DNA of 63,558 bases, the filler included, from Reticulomyxa filosa (Eukaryota; Protista; Foraminifera): NCBI GenBank assembly GCA_000512085.1. It is 13 parts of 13 records of this genome, joined end to end, with 100 filler letters (N's around TTAATTAATTAA, not from the genome) between each part and the next. Parts side by side here need not be neighbours in the genome. Positions count along the whole stretch, not along the records: positions 22,483 to 33,361 come from ASPP01004674.1; positions 33,462 to 34,461 come from ASPP01043874.1; positions 34,562 to 36,927 come from ASPP01039389.1; positions 37,028 to 39,291 come from ASPP01026266.1; positions 39,392 to 43,166 come from ASPP01026959.1; 8 more parts are not named here. The stretch is one strand, 5' to 3'. This document shows, in pieces, positions 28,434 to 39,411 of the stretch (position 1 is its first letter; each line of letters begins with the position of its first letter). A program made the translations under genes and the position numbers. The notes under the pieces are model-generated. The model was not told the DNA's origin and did no database searches. It worked only from the letters and a program-made list of their open reading frames with translations.

Positions 28434-29273
28434 AGACGACTATGACGTGTGTAAGACACAAGTGTTGTATGGTTCGAAAGAATTACAAAAGGTTCAGTAT
28501 GGGAGGGAGAAAAGAGAGAGAGAGTTTCACCATTTGTCTGCAGTCTGCCTTTTTTGTTTGTTTTTTTTTTTACAAAATACAATCCAAAGTTGCACTTTAT
28601 ATGAGCAAAATCATGAGCTTTCTTTTTTTTTTAAAAATATGGTTTGCATAATCATAGACTCATTTCGGTAGATCTCACTCCCTCTATCTGTTTGACTAAT
28701 TCATTTCTTGTTCAAATAGTACTTTCGCATCTCGGAGCCAATAGCTGCTTTTTTTTGTGCGATGGTTTCCTAAGTTGAAGGGTTTTAAGCAAGGCCGTAC
28801 ATTACTACATTTGCTTTTATCATTTTTTAAAATTGATTGCACATATATTTCCTTTTCAGAGATTGACAGTTATTCTCCATTCTAGTAAAAACGCTTTGTT
28901 CAATGCAATATCCGCAATACTTCACAAGCGAAAAAAAACAGTTCCCATTGACAGTAGCGGTCTTGTTTTAAAAATGGAGAAAAATAGAAGTTGAGGAAAT
29001 ATTGTTCACGTTTTGCTTGAAGAAGAGGCACAAAAAAGCTTTGAGAGGCACACATCAAAAAAAAAAAAGAAAAAAACACACAACAAAAAAACAACACAAA
29101 CACACTTTTTCACACCACACCAAGCACACAGAACAAATGAGAAAGAAAAGAAAAAGAGTAAAAACAAATAAAACAAACGTTACAGATTATTGTATGCAAA
29201 CAAACGAGATATGTTTTTTTTGTTGGCATTATCTATTTTGTTTCTTTTTTTTTTCCAAGCAAGTCGAACAAGG

Positions 29274-31267
29274 TTAAGAAAATGGTCTTCGAAGTCTATT
29301 TCTCAAATGACAATTTGGAAGACACAATGGCTGCGCATCTTTGGTCATTTGTATTTGTTTTTCTAGTTCAAGCAAGTGCAGCTCCGTGATGACCCCAATT
29401 AATCGCGAGTACTTGGTGACATACACATTTTGCGGTTTCAAAATATGAAACAGTGTGTAAATCTTGGAAAGAGGCATTTCGGCGATGACTTGAAAAGGCG
29501 CCAAATGCAGTCGTTCCAAAAAGCCACCAGCCATCAGTGAGCACTTGCGTCTTTTCGCTTCTTTTTTGGAGGTTTTATTTGAAGATGGGGTATCTCCTGT
29601 GTTGGCAAGTCGTTCTGGTGGAATGTCTGTGGTTTTTGCACTGCCTTTATCTTTGCTTTTGCGTGTTAGCAAGCTTTTCGATCTTTTTTTCCAATTGAAC
29701 GAGCCGGTGGGACCAATTGTGTCAAGTTTGGTAAGATTCGTGGGGTAGTTGTCGAGGTTGGGCAGATGTTCATCCCGAAGTCGAGCTGGGATTTTTTCTT
29801 CGTATATATCAGGAGCGACCGTTTGCAAGAAATCCATTAGCACATTTCGTTGTACTTCTCCAACCAAAACATTTTCACTTTTCGAATGCACTAATGGGAA
29901 CCTATTACAAATTGTTGTTTCAAACAAGCAAAAAGTTCATATATACGTATACATATATGTACATACCATTCGTTCTTTGTGTGGACTAATGCTTCGACTA
30001 ATTCCAATGGATTTGGTTTGACAGTGATAAACATAGTCTTTTCCATGACATCGGTAGCGGTGATGAGACGAAGGACCGTGTATTGAAAAGACTTTGGTTC
30101 CTCTTTTTTCTCGTCCAACGCCAAAGAGGGCATTTCCTTTTCTTCGGGTCGATTCAAAGTGGTCGTTTCAGTGGCGTGTTTGTACTGTTGACTGGGCACA
30201 ATGGGTAGCATGGGAATACCGCGCAATTTCAACCCACTATCGAAAAACCCTTCCCCAAACGCGCTCACAACGCCACACCCAACAATCACGGCCAACAGTA
30301 ACGGCACGCTTAGAGTGAGTTCACTGGTTATTTCCATTATTATCACTGCGGGGGATATGGTCTTCGTTACACTTGCCAAGCTTGCCGCCGCTCCGACCAC
30401 CGCATATACCCGAGTGTCTGCAGTGCCGAGGCCATTTTTTTCCAAACACTATGCACCATTTATATCAACAACAACAAACACTTGATAATAATATATGCAA
30501 TATACATATATATATGTACATATATAATTGTCTATTATTATTATTAATCTAATTAAACTGATCGAACAATCTCTCCATAAAAACGACCTCCAAATGCTCC
30601 CAAAATATATGAAGGCCCAACCACACCGGCCGGAAATTGGAATGTTTGAAGAAGTGGCAGAAAGACCATCCAAATGATAGTGGCGCCTCCCAATTTCCAA
30701 ATCAAATCCGAGTCCCCCCAGTCAGTGTACGAACACGGGACTTTGGTGTCTCCTCCACATGCCTCTAGATGCGTTTGTATGAACAAATCGGCCACTGCGC
30801 TTCGCGCGGGCCCAAGTGCAAATTGTCCCACAAAGAACTGGAAAGTGGAAAACAATATGACCACGGCCACGGTAATCCCATATGGATTCGTGCCCAAGTA
30901 TTTGGCCTGATATTTGCGACGGAATAACACAAACCAAGCATTGCACTTTACGACGAACAAGCCGACCAAGCCGAACAAGAAGCCGAGCAGCAAGAACAGC
31001 GGCAGTTCGCCGGACTTGTATGTTTCGTGGCCCTCTTTCGAAAACTTGGTGGCATTGTCGCCGATAAAGTGCTGGAACATCGAAACATGCGACACGCTGC
31101 GATACAACACTTTGATAAACGTCGACGCAGAAATGCCACAGCAAAACGCCGTCCAATAATTCGTCACGGGATAATACGTGCTGGTTACCTCTATTGAAAA
31201 CAGTACTCCTCCAATCGGCGCGCCAAACACTGCACCCAGTGCACCTGCGCACCCTGCGCCCAATAGC

Positions 31268-31301
<34 letters not shown>

Positions 31302-32588
31302 GAAATAATGGGTAAATGATAGAATTAGTTGTTTTCAATTCCAAACATATACATATATATGTATATATGTATATATACATATATGTTATATCAATGTATA
31401 TTACCTGCCTACGATCCAAATGCTGAAACAATTTGAGACGACTCAATTGTCTCGACAGTCCAGCGCTGATATGCAAGAATGGACCTTCTAATCCGGTGGG
31501 CAATGCACTTGCAATGGACAGATGAACGGCAATGATTTTGACGCACAATGTGGGCAGCGAGAGATACTCTCGGATCCAAATGCCACTCAACACGGCGCGC
31601 AATTGAGGCACGCCACTGCCCGACGCGGCAAGTCGAAAGCCAGTGATGTACACCGAGCCGAGGATTAGGAACAGCTTGATCGCGAGGATTCCAAAAAAGT
31701 TCAACACTGCAATTTGCCCGTTTTCCGCAATCTCAAACATCAAATTCCACCAAAGCATTGAAAACAGGTTTATGTTGAACGCTATCAGTGCATAAAAAAA
31801 GCCCATCAACACCACTAAAAAATATTCACGGCGCAGTAATTCCCCACATCGACTTCTAAAATGATCATTATCAATTTTTTTTTTTTTTTTTTTTAAACAC
31901 AGTTAATGCGGCATATCGCCACACTATGATGATAATATATACATATACTTTTTTTTTTTTTAAAAGTAAACCTTTCGTTCCTCTTCCCCTCTTTTTTTTT
32001 TTTAAAAAGTGTGACACACTGACTGTGGTTCCGATGCATGTATAGTTTCCGATGATATGTTATCCGATCTCTCTTCTGCCTTTGCTCCGGGCGAACTCCC
32101 TCGCACTGACCACTCTCGATCTGGCTTTATTTCCACTGGCGCTTTTTGTGGCTCTAGCAATACTGATGAACTATGACTCTTCTGTGATACCAATGGCGTC
32201 CCTATTAAGTCGTCCTTTTTTAAAAATTTTTTGTTTTGTTTGTTTTGTGTCGTTGTCCATTTTTTTTTTTTTTAATTCATCAAAACTGCGGCCACATTGT
32301 CCTCACTCTCGTCAGCTTGGTTTGGATTGCGCCTTGCCGTAAGGAGTTGGCCAGATGATTCTTCATTGTTGTCATATAAAGGCGCCAATGTCAGGATTGC
32401 AGCGTTGTTATCAGCACTTGCTTCGGTTGGCTGCAATGGGGCCGAACCTTCGCTTGCTGTTGCTGGTCCCTTCCCTTGCGTGCGAGAACAACCATCATAT
32501 CCACTTTATCAAACAAGAGCAAAGGAAAAAAAAACTGCGTTAGTTTTGTTATAACTTTTTTTGAATGATGGAGATTTACTCGAATCAT
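29274..32588 (-). CDS. CLC-family chloride channel with C-terminal CBS domains (multi-exon; start uncertain)
   Basis: GSGVP, GLEGPFLHI, GAVFGAPIGGVLFSIEVTSTYY, PAGVVGPSYILGAFGGRFYGE, YAVVGAAASLASVTKTISPAVIIMEIT, plus CBS-like RFPLVHS..VLVGEVQR and LAPFQV..VYVTKYSRLIGVIT. Confidence 0.95.
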
Positions 32589-33462
32589 TTGTTGTACTCA
32601 TTATGATCAAGATTTTTTCTGCGCTTTCACCGTGAAGGGCCAGACAACAATGTAACAATACAAGCGCAATCTATGTCCTGTGTCTTTTTGTAGTTAATTC
32701 GTTAATTTTTTAAAAAAAAGTGCAAACTAGAATTTAAAAAATTAAGACAAACAATTTTTTATTTGTATCTATCTTCACACGAGAGATATTTGAAGAAAGT
32801 TTCTTGAAAGAAGCGTTGGTTCTTGACAAAAGACAGAAAAACGGAATAGAGATAATACCGTCCGAGGGGGAGTAATGTGTCTCGAAAATTTTTTTTTAAA
32901 AAAAAACATGACCAACAATCTTGAGCTTTCAGATTCATCTCCAAGTGAAGAAGAGGTGGGGTGGAACCTGACGATATAACAACAGTTTTCTGCTTAATAT
33001 AACTTGTCTTCGTCATATCACCAAAAAAAAACGCTCAAACTTGCAATTGAATCATGACAATAAACGATCTAAAAAAAACCTTTGTCTCACACTGCTTTCG
33101 AATAGGATTCATTGCCGTCAGTGCCCGAAACCACACCACAAGCAACAAAAGATGCGCAGTTTGTTGTAGCACCACAACTCACAATTCCATTCTCGGCTCC
33201 AATATTCTCTCCTTTGCCATCACCAGGATACGAGAAAGTTAAATCAGATCTGAAGAGAACAAAAAGTTATTTCGGAGTAAAAATGTGACAAAACTCAAAG
33301 GGGACAACAATCAAACAAATGATAATAATAAATAATGATGACAATGATGTAAAGTACATAANNNNNNNNNNNNNNNNNNNNNNNNNNNNNNNNNNNNNNN
33401 NNNNNTTAATTAATTAANNNNNNNNNNNNNNNNNNNNNNNNNNNNNNNNNNNNNNNNNNNNC

Positions 33463-33675
33463 GATCGCTGCCGGGACCTGGTTTCGGCCCTGTCGCGCGG
33501 CAGCCTCGTCGACGCGGTCTACTATCCCAACGCCTATCACAGCTTCGACTCGAAGGTCGCCGACCGCACCGTGCCCGGCGCAGCGGGCAAGCAGCACCAT
33601 CTCGCCTACGACACCGTCGCCGCTCCCGACGGCGAGGCGCGGACGAAGGCATTCTTCGCGAAGTACTTGCGGTAG
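33463..33675 (+). CDS. Dienelactone hydrolase-family protein, C-terminal fragment (bacterial)
   Basis: Reads DRCRDLVSALSRGSLVDAVYYPNAYHSFDSKVADRTVPGAAGKQHHLAYDTVAAPDGEARTKAFFAKYLR*. It has the YPNAYHSFD catalytic-His motif, the typical YD..AA..R..FF..L end and high-GC codon use. Not in the ORF track. Confidence 0.8.
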   Translation, partial: DRCRDLVSALSRGSLVDAVYYPNAYHSFDSKVADRTVPGAAGKQHHLAYDTVAAPDGEARTKAFFAKYLR

Positions 33676-33707
33676 CGCGCTGAATCTCCCCAGCAATAAC
33701 CTCATCC

Positions 33708-33730
33708 TTATATGAGCGCTGAACGGTCAA
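33708..33730 (-). promoter_or_regulatory. Outward-facing -35 hexamer (TTGACC) of an IS circle-junction promoter
   Basis: TTGACC at 33730-33725 is followed by exactly 17 nt (GTTCAGCGCTCATATAA) up to the inferred core. IS110/IS1111 elements are known to assemble a promoter across the circle junction. Confidence 0.6.
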
Positions 33731-33833
33731 GGGTCGGTTTGGATATTTTTGTCCCTCAATCATCGGGCCCTCTCGGGAATGGAAGCTTGAGAGTGCTGCG
33801 CGCGAGCGCGGCGCTGGAATGGGTCCGTGGAGA

Positions 33834-34062
33834 GGCGGCTTCGGCGCGTTGCGTTGGAACTCTGGGCGTCTGGCCAATGCACGTTGTGTCGACGGCATCA
33901 CCTTATATCCGGTCGGGCGTCGCTGCGCCCCGCACCCAAATCCCTCATGCACGGTCGAGGTCTTGCCCAGGAAACGATGAGACCCTTCTGAGACAGCGGT
34001 ACCGCATGGTCCATGGATGAGGACGGTCATCATCAGCTCCCTGCGCAACACACCGGGCCGCC
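33834..34062 (-). ncRNA. Candidate IS110/IS1111 bridge (seek) RNA
   Basis: A long basal helix (34035-34062 with 33834-33861) encloses two stem/internal-loop/hairpin arms. The loops contain 8-nt matches to the target flank (34015-34022) and to the IS end (33901-33908). Confidence 0.75.
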
Positions 34063-34067
34063 GCCGT

Positions 34068-34460
34068 TCAGCGGCCGGCCGGTGCGGCAGCTCGCAGCCT
34101 GGCGCCCTCGGGCACCAGGCCTTGGGTGAGGAAGCGCCACAGCGCCACCATCAGCTTGCGCGCCAGGGCGACGATGGCGATGCGTCTGACACGGCCTTTT
34201 TGATCGCCGACGCGGCTCGTGAACCACAGGCTCAAGGTGCTGGCGGGCTGGTAGCGCAGCCATAGCCAGGAAAGCTCGATGGCCAAGGTCCGGGCACGGG
34301 CGTTGCCGGCCTTGCTGATGCCCTGCTCGCGCGAACTCTGGCCGCTGTCGAACGGCGTCCCGGCCAGGCCAAAATAGCCTCCGACCTGGCGCCGGTTCTG
34401 GAAGTCGCGCCAGAATACCTCGTTGACCAGCGTCTCGCCGCCGACCGGCCCGACGCTCTT
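34068..34460 (-). CDS. IS110-family transposase/recombinase, C-terminal (Transposase_20) domain, 5' truncated
   Basis: KSVGPVGGETLVNEVFWRDFQNRRQVGGYFGLAGTPFDSGQSSREQGISKAGNARARTLAIELSWLWLRYQP..RRIAIVALARKLMVALWRFLTQGLVPEG. It carries the GL.P..SG (catalytic Ser), ISK.GN..R and A.ARKL motifs. Confidence 0.95.
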   Translation of the reverse strand, partial: KSVGPVGGETLVNEVFWRDFQNRRQVGGYFGLAGTPFDSGQSSREQGISKAGNARARTLAIELSWLWLRYQPASTLSLWFTSRVGDQKGRVRRIAIVALARKLMVALWRFLTQGLVPEGARLRAAAPAGR

Positions 34461-34561
34461 CNNNNNNNNNNNNNNNNNNNNNNNNNNNNNNNNNNNNNNN
34501 NNNNNTTAATTAATTAANNNNNNNNNNNNNNNNNNNNNNNNNNNNNNNNNNNNNNNNNNNN

Positions 34562-36927
34562 CGACGAAAGTGCAAAGGGAACAAACGCAACAGCCACGGA
34601 CAAAGCAAAAAAACCTCAAGAGGAGAGCAACCCTCCTGTTGACGCGCCTGAGGACGGAGACGATGACGAAGACGCTCCTAAACCGAAACACAAGAAAAGC
34701 AGAAACACTTTGAGCTTGGGTGGAGGTGCAGATGCAATTGGCTTAGTCAATGGATTGGATTTGCCAGACACGTTCGACTTTTTCTCATATTCGCACTCCA
34801 CTTTTATATATCTTATATATGTACACTTGCAAAGTGTCATATGTTTGCATATGCAAATTCCTGACAATAAGAAAGCCACACTCATTAACGTTGTCTTGGT
34901 TTTCTACTTTTTTTTTTTTTTTTTTTTGTTTGAAAAAGGGATCAAAACGTACATGTCGGATTGAACTTGGCCGAGGACGCCGAACCAAAAAAAGGCAATG
35001 ACACCCAAGACACGGATTCGGATATTGAAGATGACTACGCAAAAACTTCAAAAGCAGATGACAGCGAAGATGAAATTGAAGACAAAAAGGACAATGATAA
35101 ACTGGCCTCCTCCAAAAATGGAAACGAAAAAAGTACTCCGGGAAAAACATCTACAGAAACAGGCACAACAAGCGCAGAGAAGACTCTTGAAGATGAAATT
35201 TCCAAAAAAAAGATATCCGATGACGAAGAGAGCGAACTTGAAGCAAGCGGGATTACAATAGACCAAAGCGATGACAATGATGAAGACGATGATGGAACAG
35301 ATGAGGAAAGAGCACAGCTCCTTGAATCTTTCTTGGAACTAAAAGATCCACAAATCAACTGGAAAATGATTGAATATTTATCTAAAAACAGTTTAACTCT
35401 GTCAAAGCTTTGCTCTTAACTTTTGTCATGATAAAACATGTGTTATGTCTTTGTCTTTTCTGCAGAGATTACTCATATGCTGATGGGCTATATTTCCAGA
35501 ATGCCAGACAATGTAAAAGCGTGGCAACCAAATTTGGAGGCAACAACTAAGTTTGACACTGTCATTGAACCTACTAAAGAGCTATCATCGGAAGAGGAAG
35601 TAGAAGTACGAGCAACCAAATTGTAAGATTACATTTATTTATTTATTTATTTGTTTGTTTGTAGAATGGAAATATCTCTCATTCTTCCATTTGTGAACAC
35701 AGCCGATTGCTCATTCGACAAGATACGCATCAATGAGTAAGATCTGAGACTGTAAAAGCCTTTTTGCTGAGAAAATGTCATGAAATTGCGCTGCATGCAT
35801 TGGCAGTATTCCATCCTTTGTCAAAAGGAAATGTATATCATGGTCGTGTTGTGTTGGAGGTATTGTTAGCACATTGGCCCAAATCATTCATTGCAAAACT
35901 AGTCAATGAAAAAGATTTGCAAAGTTTACCATTTACTTATATTTATTTTGTCCAAAAAAATTGATTTATTTGGTTTGCATAATAACAATATATTTCATTG
36001 CTTAAATAGTATTGGGAAAAAATGCACTATTTCGTAATTTGCATCAAGGAAACATGAACAGTTTCTTTATTGATTTGATATGTTTTCGACCACCAAACAA
36101 AGCAGCACAATTACAACCTGCCAAAGTTTCGATTTTTTGTTTTGTTTCTTCAAAAAAAAAAGTAAGATAATAAATAAACGAATAACAAAGGAAAAATTAC
36201 TCGCAACATTTCGAGACTGGAAATTTATGGAATATTTGATGGATGTAGCATCATCCAATAAACATGGGGATGACATTGCAACAAAATACGCAACATTCTT
36301 TATTGACTTGGTCGCACGTTCGGCATCGATTGAAGAAGCAGCCATAGTGTTTCACGGACATGAGCATCTAATAGTTGACTCCATGCTAAAAGCATTACTC
36401 GATGAGGATAACACCAGAACGTTGTGGCATCGCATTGTATGCGGCCAAACGTTAGTCCAATTTTTGGACATATGCTCACGACCGACAATTATCAATCCCG
36501 CGCAAGCATACACAGATATGCTGGGATTAGTGCCAATCGAGCCTTCGCCAAATGTCTTGCACCAGATGTTTGATGTATGTTTATGTTCTTTTATGTCTCT
36601 ACGCCATTTTGCTCAAATATATATATATGTTCAAAACAATAAAAAATAAAAAATCTTTGCTCTTCCTTCTTTAAACTCAACAGAAAGCATTAAAGCGATT
36701 ACATACTTATATCCCAAATCTTTGCCAAGCGATTATACGTCCTTCAAGACCGTTACGTTTTTTGTTGTTATTATTTCTTCTCTCTCTCTCTCTGTTTATC
36801 AACGTACAAAGCATAATTAAATGATAACGGACAACAAAAGATTGGAATCAATTCCGCTAGCAGATGGAGTCATTAAACAACCCTTTGGTCAAGTACGTTT
36901 AAATTGCTTGGAACTACTGACAGTGTC
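34562..36927 (+). CDS. SIT4/PP6 phosphatase-associated (SAPS/PPP6R-like) protein, partial multi-exon
   Basis: Acidic N-terminal region, then ELKDPQINWKMIEYLSKN..ITHMLMGYISR and GVIKQPFGQVRLNCLELL, resembling the SAPS motifs N.KL..FL and P.G..RL...LL. Confidence 0.6.
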
Positions 36928-37229
36928 NNNNNNNNNNNNNNNNNNNNNNNNNNNNNNNNNNNNNNNNNNNNTTAATTAATTAANNNNNNNNNNNNNNNNN
37001 NNNNNNNNNNNNNNNNNNNNNNNNNNNCAATTTTTTCAAAAATTTTAATTTTTCATTTGATTTGGTAAAATTTCTTTAAAAAAAGCTGACAATCGTGTTT
37101 TTCTCGTAGTCATGAAATTTGACAATCTTTTTTTAAACAATTTTTGAGATTTTTTTTTAGTTGTTCGATATTGATTTTTATCATTTTGATTATTTTGTTG
37201 CAGAAATATTGATTGACAACCATTAGATG

Positions 37230-37710
37230 AAAATTCCATAACAAAAATAACAAAATTTGTTGGTAAAAGCATTTTAGTCTGTCCATGTTTTGGAGCATTA
37301 GGAACAGGTTACGCTTGCAAGATGGAGTAAATACTGATATTATATAAATTTTATCTGACAAAATGCTAAAGATAGTCAATTTCTGCTTATAAAATAAAGA
37401 AGATTGGATTTTTCATCAAGATAATGCAACATGCCATAAGTCGGAAAAATTATGAAATAGTTAAAACAAAAAAACGAAAATAATGAATTTTCCTCCAAAT
37501 TCACCTGCTTTAAATCCAATTGAAAATCTTTGGTGGATAGTAAAGACAAGAATTCACAAAAAAGGACCATTTAATACCACAGAAGACCTTTGTAACTAAT
37601 TCGAAACAGAATGTAAAAAAAATGAAAACAAACATTGTAAAACCTTAATAAAGTCGATTCCAAAGAAAATACAGTAAGTTAAAAAAGCCAAAAAGATTTA
37701 ACACGTTGGT
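37230..37710 (+). mobile_element. Tc1/mariner/IS630 DDE transposase remnant
   Basis: FHQDNATCHKS (~37410) and FPPNSPALNPIENLWWIVK (~37487) match QDNA..H and WP..SPDLNPIENLW. Interrupted by stops and frameshifts; no TIRs identified. Confidence 0.85.
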
Positions 37711-38375
37711 AAACTTGAATTAAATTTTAAAAAACAAATCTTATCATAATCAGGCAACTACAAAATTTTTTTTTAAAATAAATGAAAGATTAAAATTTTT
37801 GAAAAAATTGTAAAGACTTAATAAAAAACCAAAATGAGGTAGATGTAGGACTTGTTGTAAATGCAAAGGATTGACAGATTTGATGAAATTGCAAATAAAT
37901 TGAATTCAAAACTGGTCGCCTATGATTTATTACAAATTGTCCCAATGTTTAATATGTTTCATTGTTTGTCTTGTCTTGCATGGGAAGGACTGAAGCATAT
38001 CGAGATAAGGATACTGTTGAAGATGAAAACTTTCATTGATCATCTGCAAGGTAATTGCGACAATTTCAATAAAAGACAACTTTGCAAACTTTTTCAAAAT
38101 TTAATGAACGTATGTATTATTGTTGAAAAATTTTTAATAATATCATACCTTGGAGACATACAAAGACAATCTAAAAAGTTAATATTGTAATGTATTTTAC
38201 TATTTGGATACAATTTTCATTAATTATGCTTTAAAAGACATTGAATGCGTCTTTTAAAATTTTTCTCAAATGCTTGCATTCAATTAAATCAAACAAATTT
38301 AATATAATCTTACTTTCCTTTTAATTAAAATTTTCAAACAAAAACACTTTCACTTCTTATTCGACAAAAAGAAAA

Positions 38376-39291
38376 TTATCCCCAAATACGAATGTGACCA
38401 ATATTTGAACCATAACATAAATTCAAATCATATGTGACATTCTTTGTATTATCTTTCTTTTTTGATCTAATAAATTTAAGGCACAAAATTCCATTATCTT
38501 TTTTATCATCTCCTTTGATTATATACAATTCATTTTTATTTGATCGAATATCCCAAAAACGAATTGTATTATCATCTGATCCAGAACATATCACGTTTGA
38601 ATTACAAATACTATTCTTTATCACAAATGGTGAATATTCAACAGACCATACAATATTTGTATGTCCATTGAACACTTGAATTTGTTTATCAGATCGAATA
38701 TCCCACAAACGAACACTTTCATCTGCTGACCCAGATAATATTGTATTCACTAACTCATTTGATCCATATTTTACACTCCTCAAATTATCTTCATGTCCTT
38801 TGAATATATTGAGTTGTTTTGTTGTTTCGATATCCCATATTCGAATGGTTTTATCAAATGATCCAGAACAAATTGTATATCCATTTCCACCAATCACACC
38901 AATATTATTCATTTTATTATCATAGTTTGTTGTTATCAATATCCCATACACGAACTGTTTTATCATCTGATCCAGAACAAATGAATTGACAATCATCAAA
39001 TGTTGAATAATCAATACTATACACAGTGTCTGTATGTCCAGTGAATGTATTGATTAATTTGGATGATAAACGAAATATGTCAAACACGAAGACAGTAGAT
39101 ATCTATGTTAAATAAGCATTTGAATATTTTGGTTAGTATTTAGAAAAAAGAATATATGAACTAACATAATTGACAACAAGTTTGTCAAACTCATTAATCC
39201 ATCCTAATTTAATTTTCAATATTCGAATCCAATGTTGTACGATTACTTGAATCTTTTCTTCTTCAGACTGTTTGAATCACAAATTACACAC
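38376..39291 (-). pseudogene. WD40-repeat gene of the foraminiferan expanded family, with internal deletion/frameshift
   Basis: Repeats ICSGSFDKTIRIWDI, ILSGSADESVRLWDI, ICSGSDDNTIRFWDI; N-terminal exon IQVIVQHWIRILKIKLGWINEFDKLV. The first repeat (TGHTDTVYSIDYS..SGSDDKTVRVWDI) is out of frame with the rest near 38930. Confidence 0.8.
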
Positions 39292-39411
39292 NNNNNNNNN
39301 NNNNNNNNNNNNNNNNNNNNNNNNNNNNNNNNNNNTTAATTAATTAANNNNNNNNNNNNNNNNNNNNNNNNNNNNNNNNNNNNNNNNNNNNTTCAGTCGA
39401 TCACAGCAGCC

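Larger units (their letters stand above)
33706..34461 (-). mobile_element. IS110-family (IS1111-type) insertion sequence, right half
   Basis: Recombinase 3' end followed by a ~360-nt non-coding right end finishing ...TTGACCGTTCAGCGCTCATATAAGG. Inserted ~30 nt past the stop of the convergent hydrolase gene. The exact end is inferred from the guide overlap. Confidence 0.85.

Noticed and set aside
33410-34265. ORFs 33410-34051, 33406-33705, 33712-34020, 34017-34265 and 34033-34263
   Set aside because: Shadow ORFs in GC-rich DNA overlapping the hydrolase, the transposase and the structured non-coding end; no protein motifs.
33462-34461. IS110 element integrated in the eukaryotic genome
   Set aside because: There is no junction with host-like DNA, and its only visible flank is a bacterial gene.
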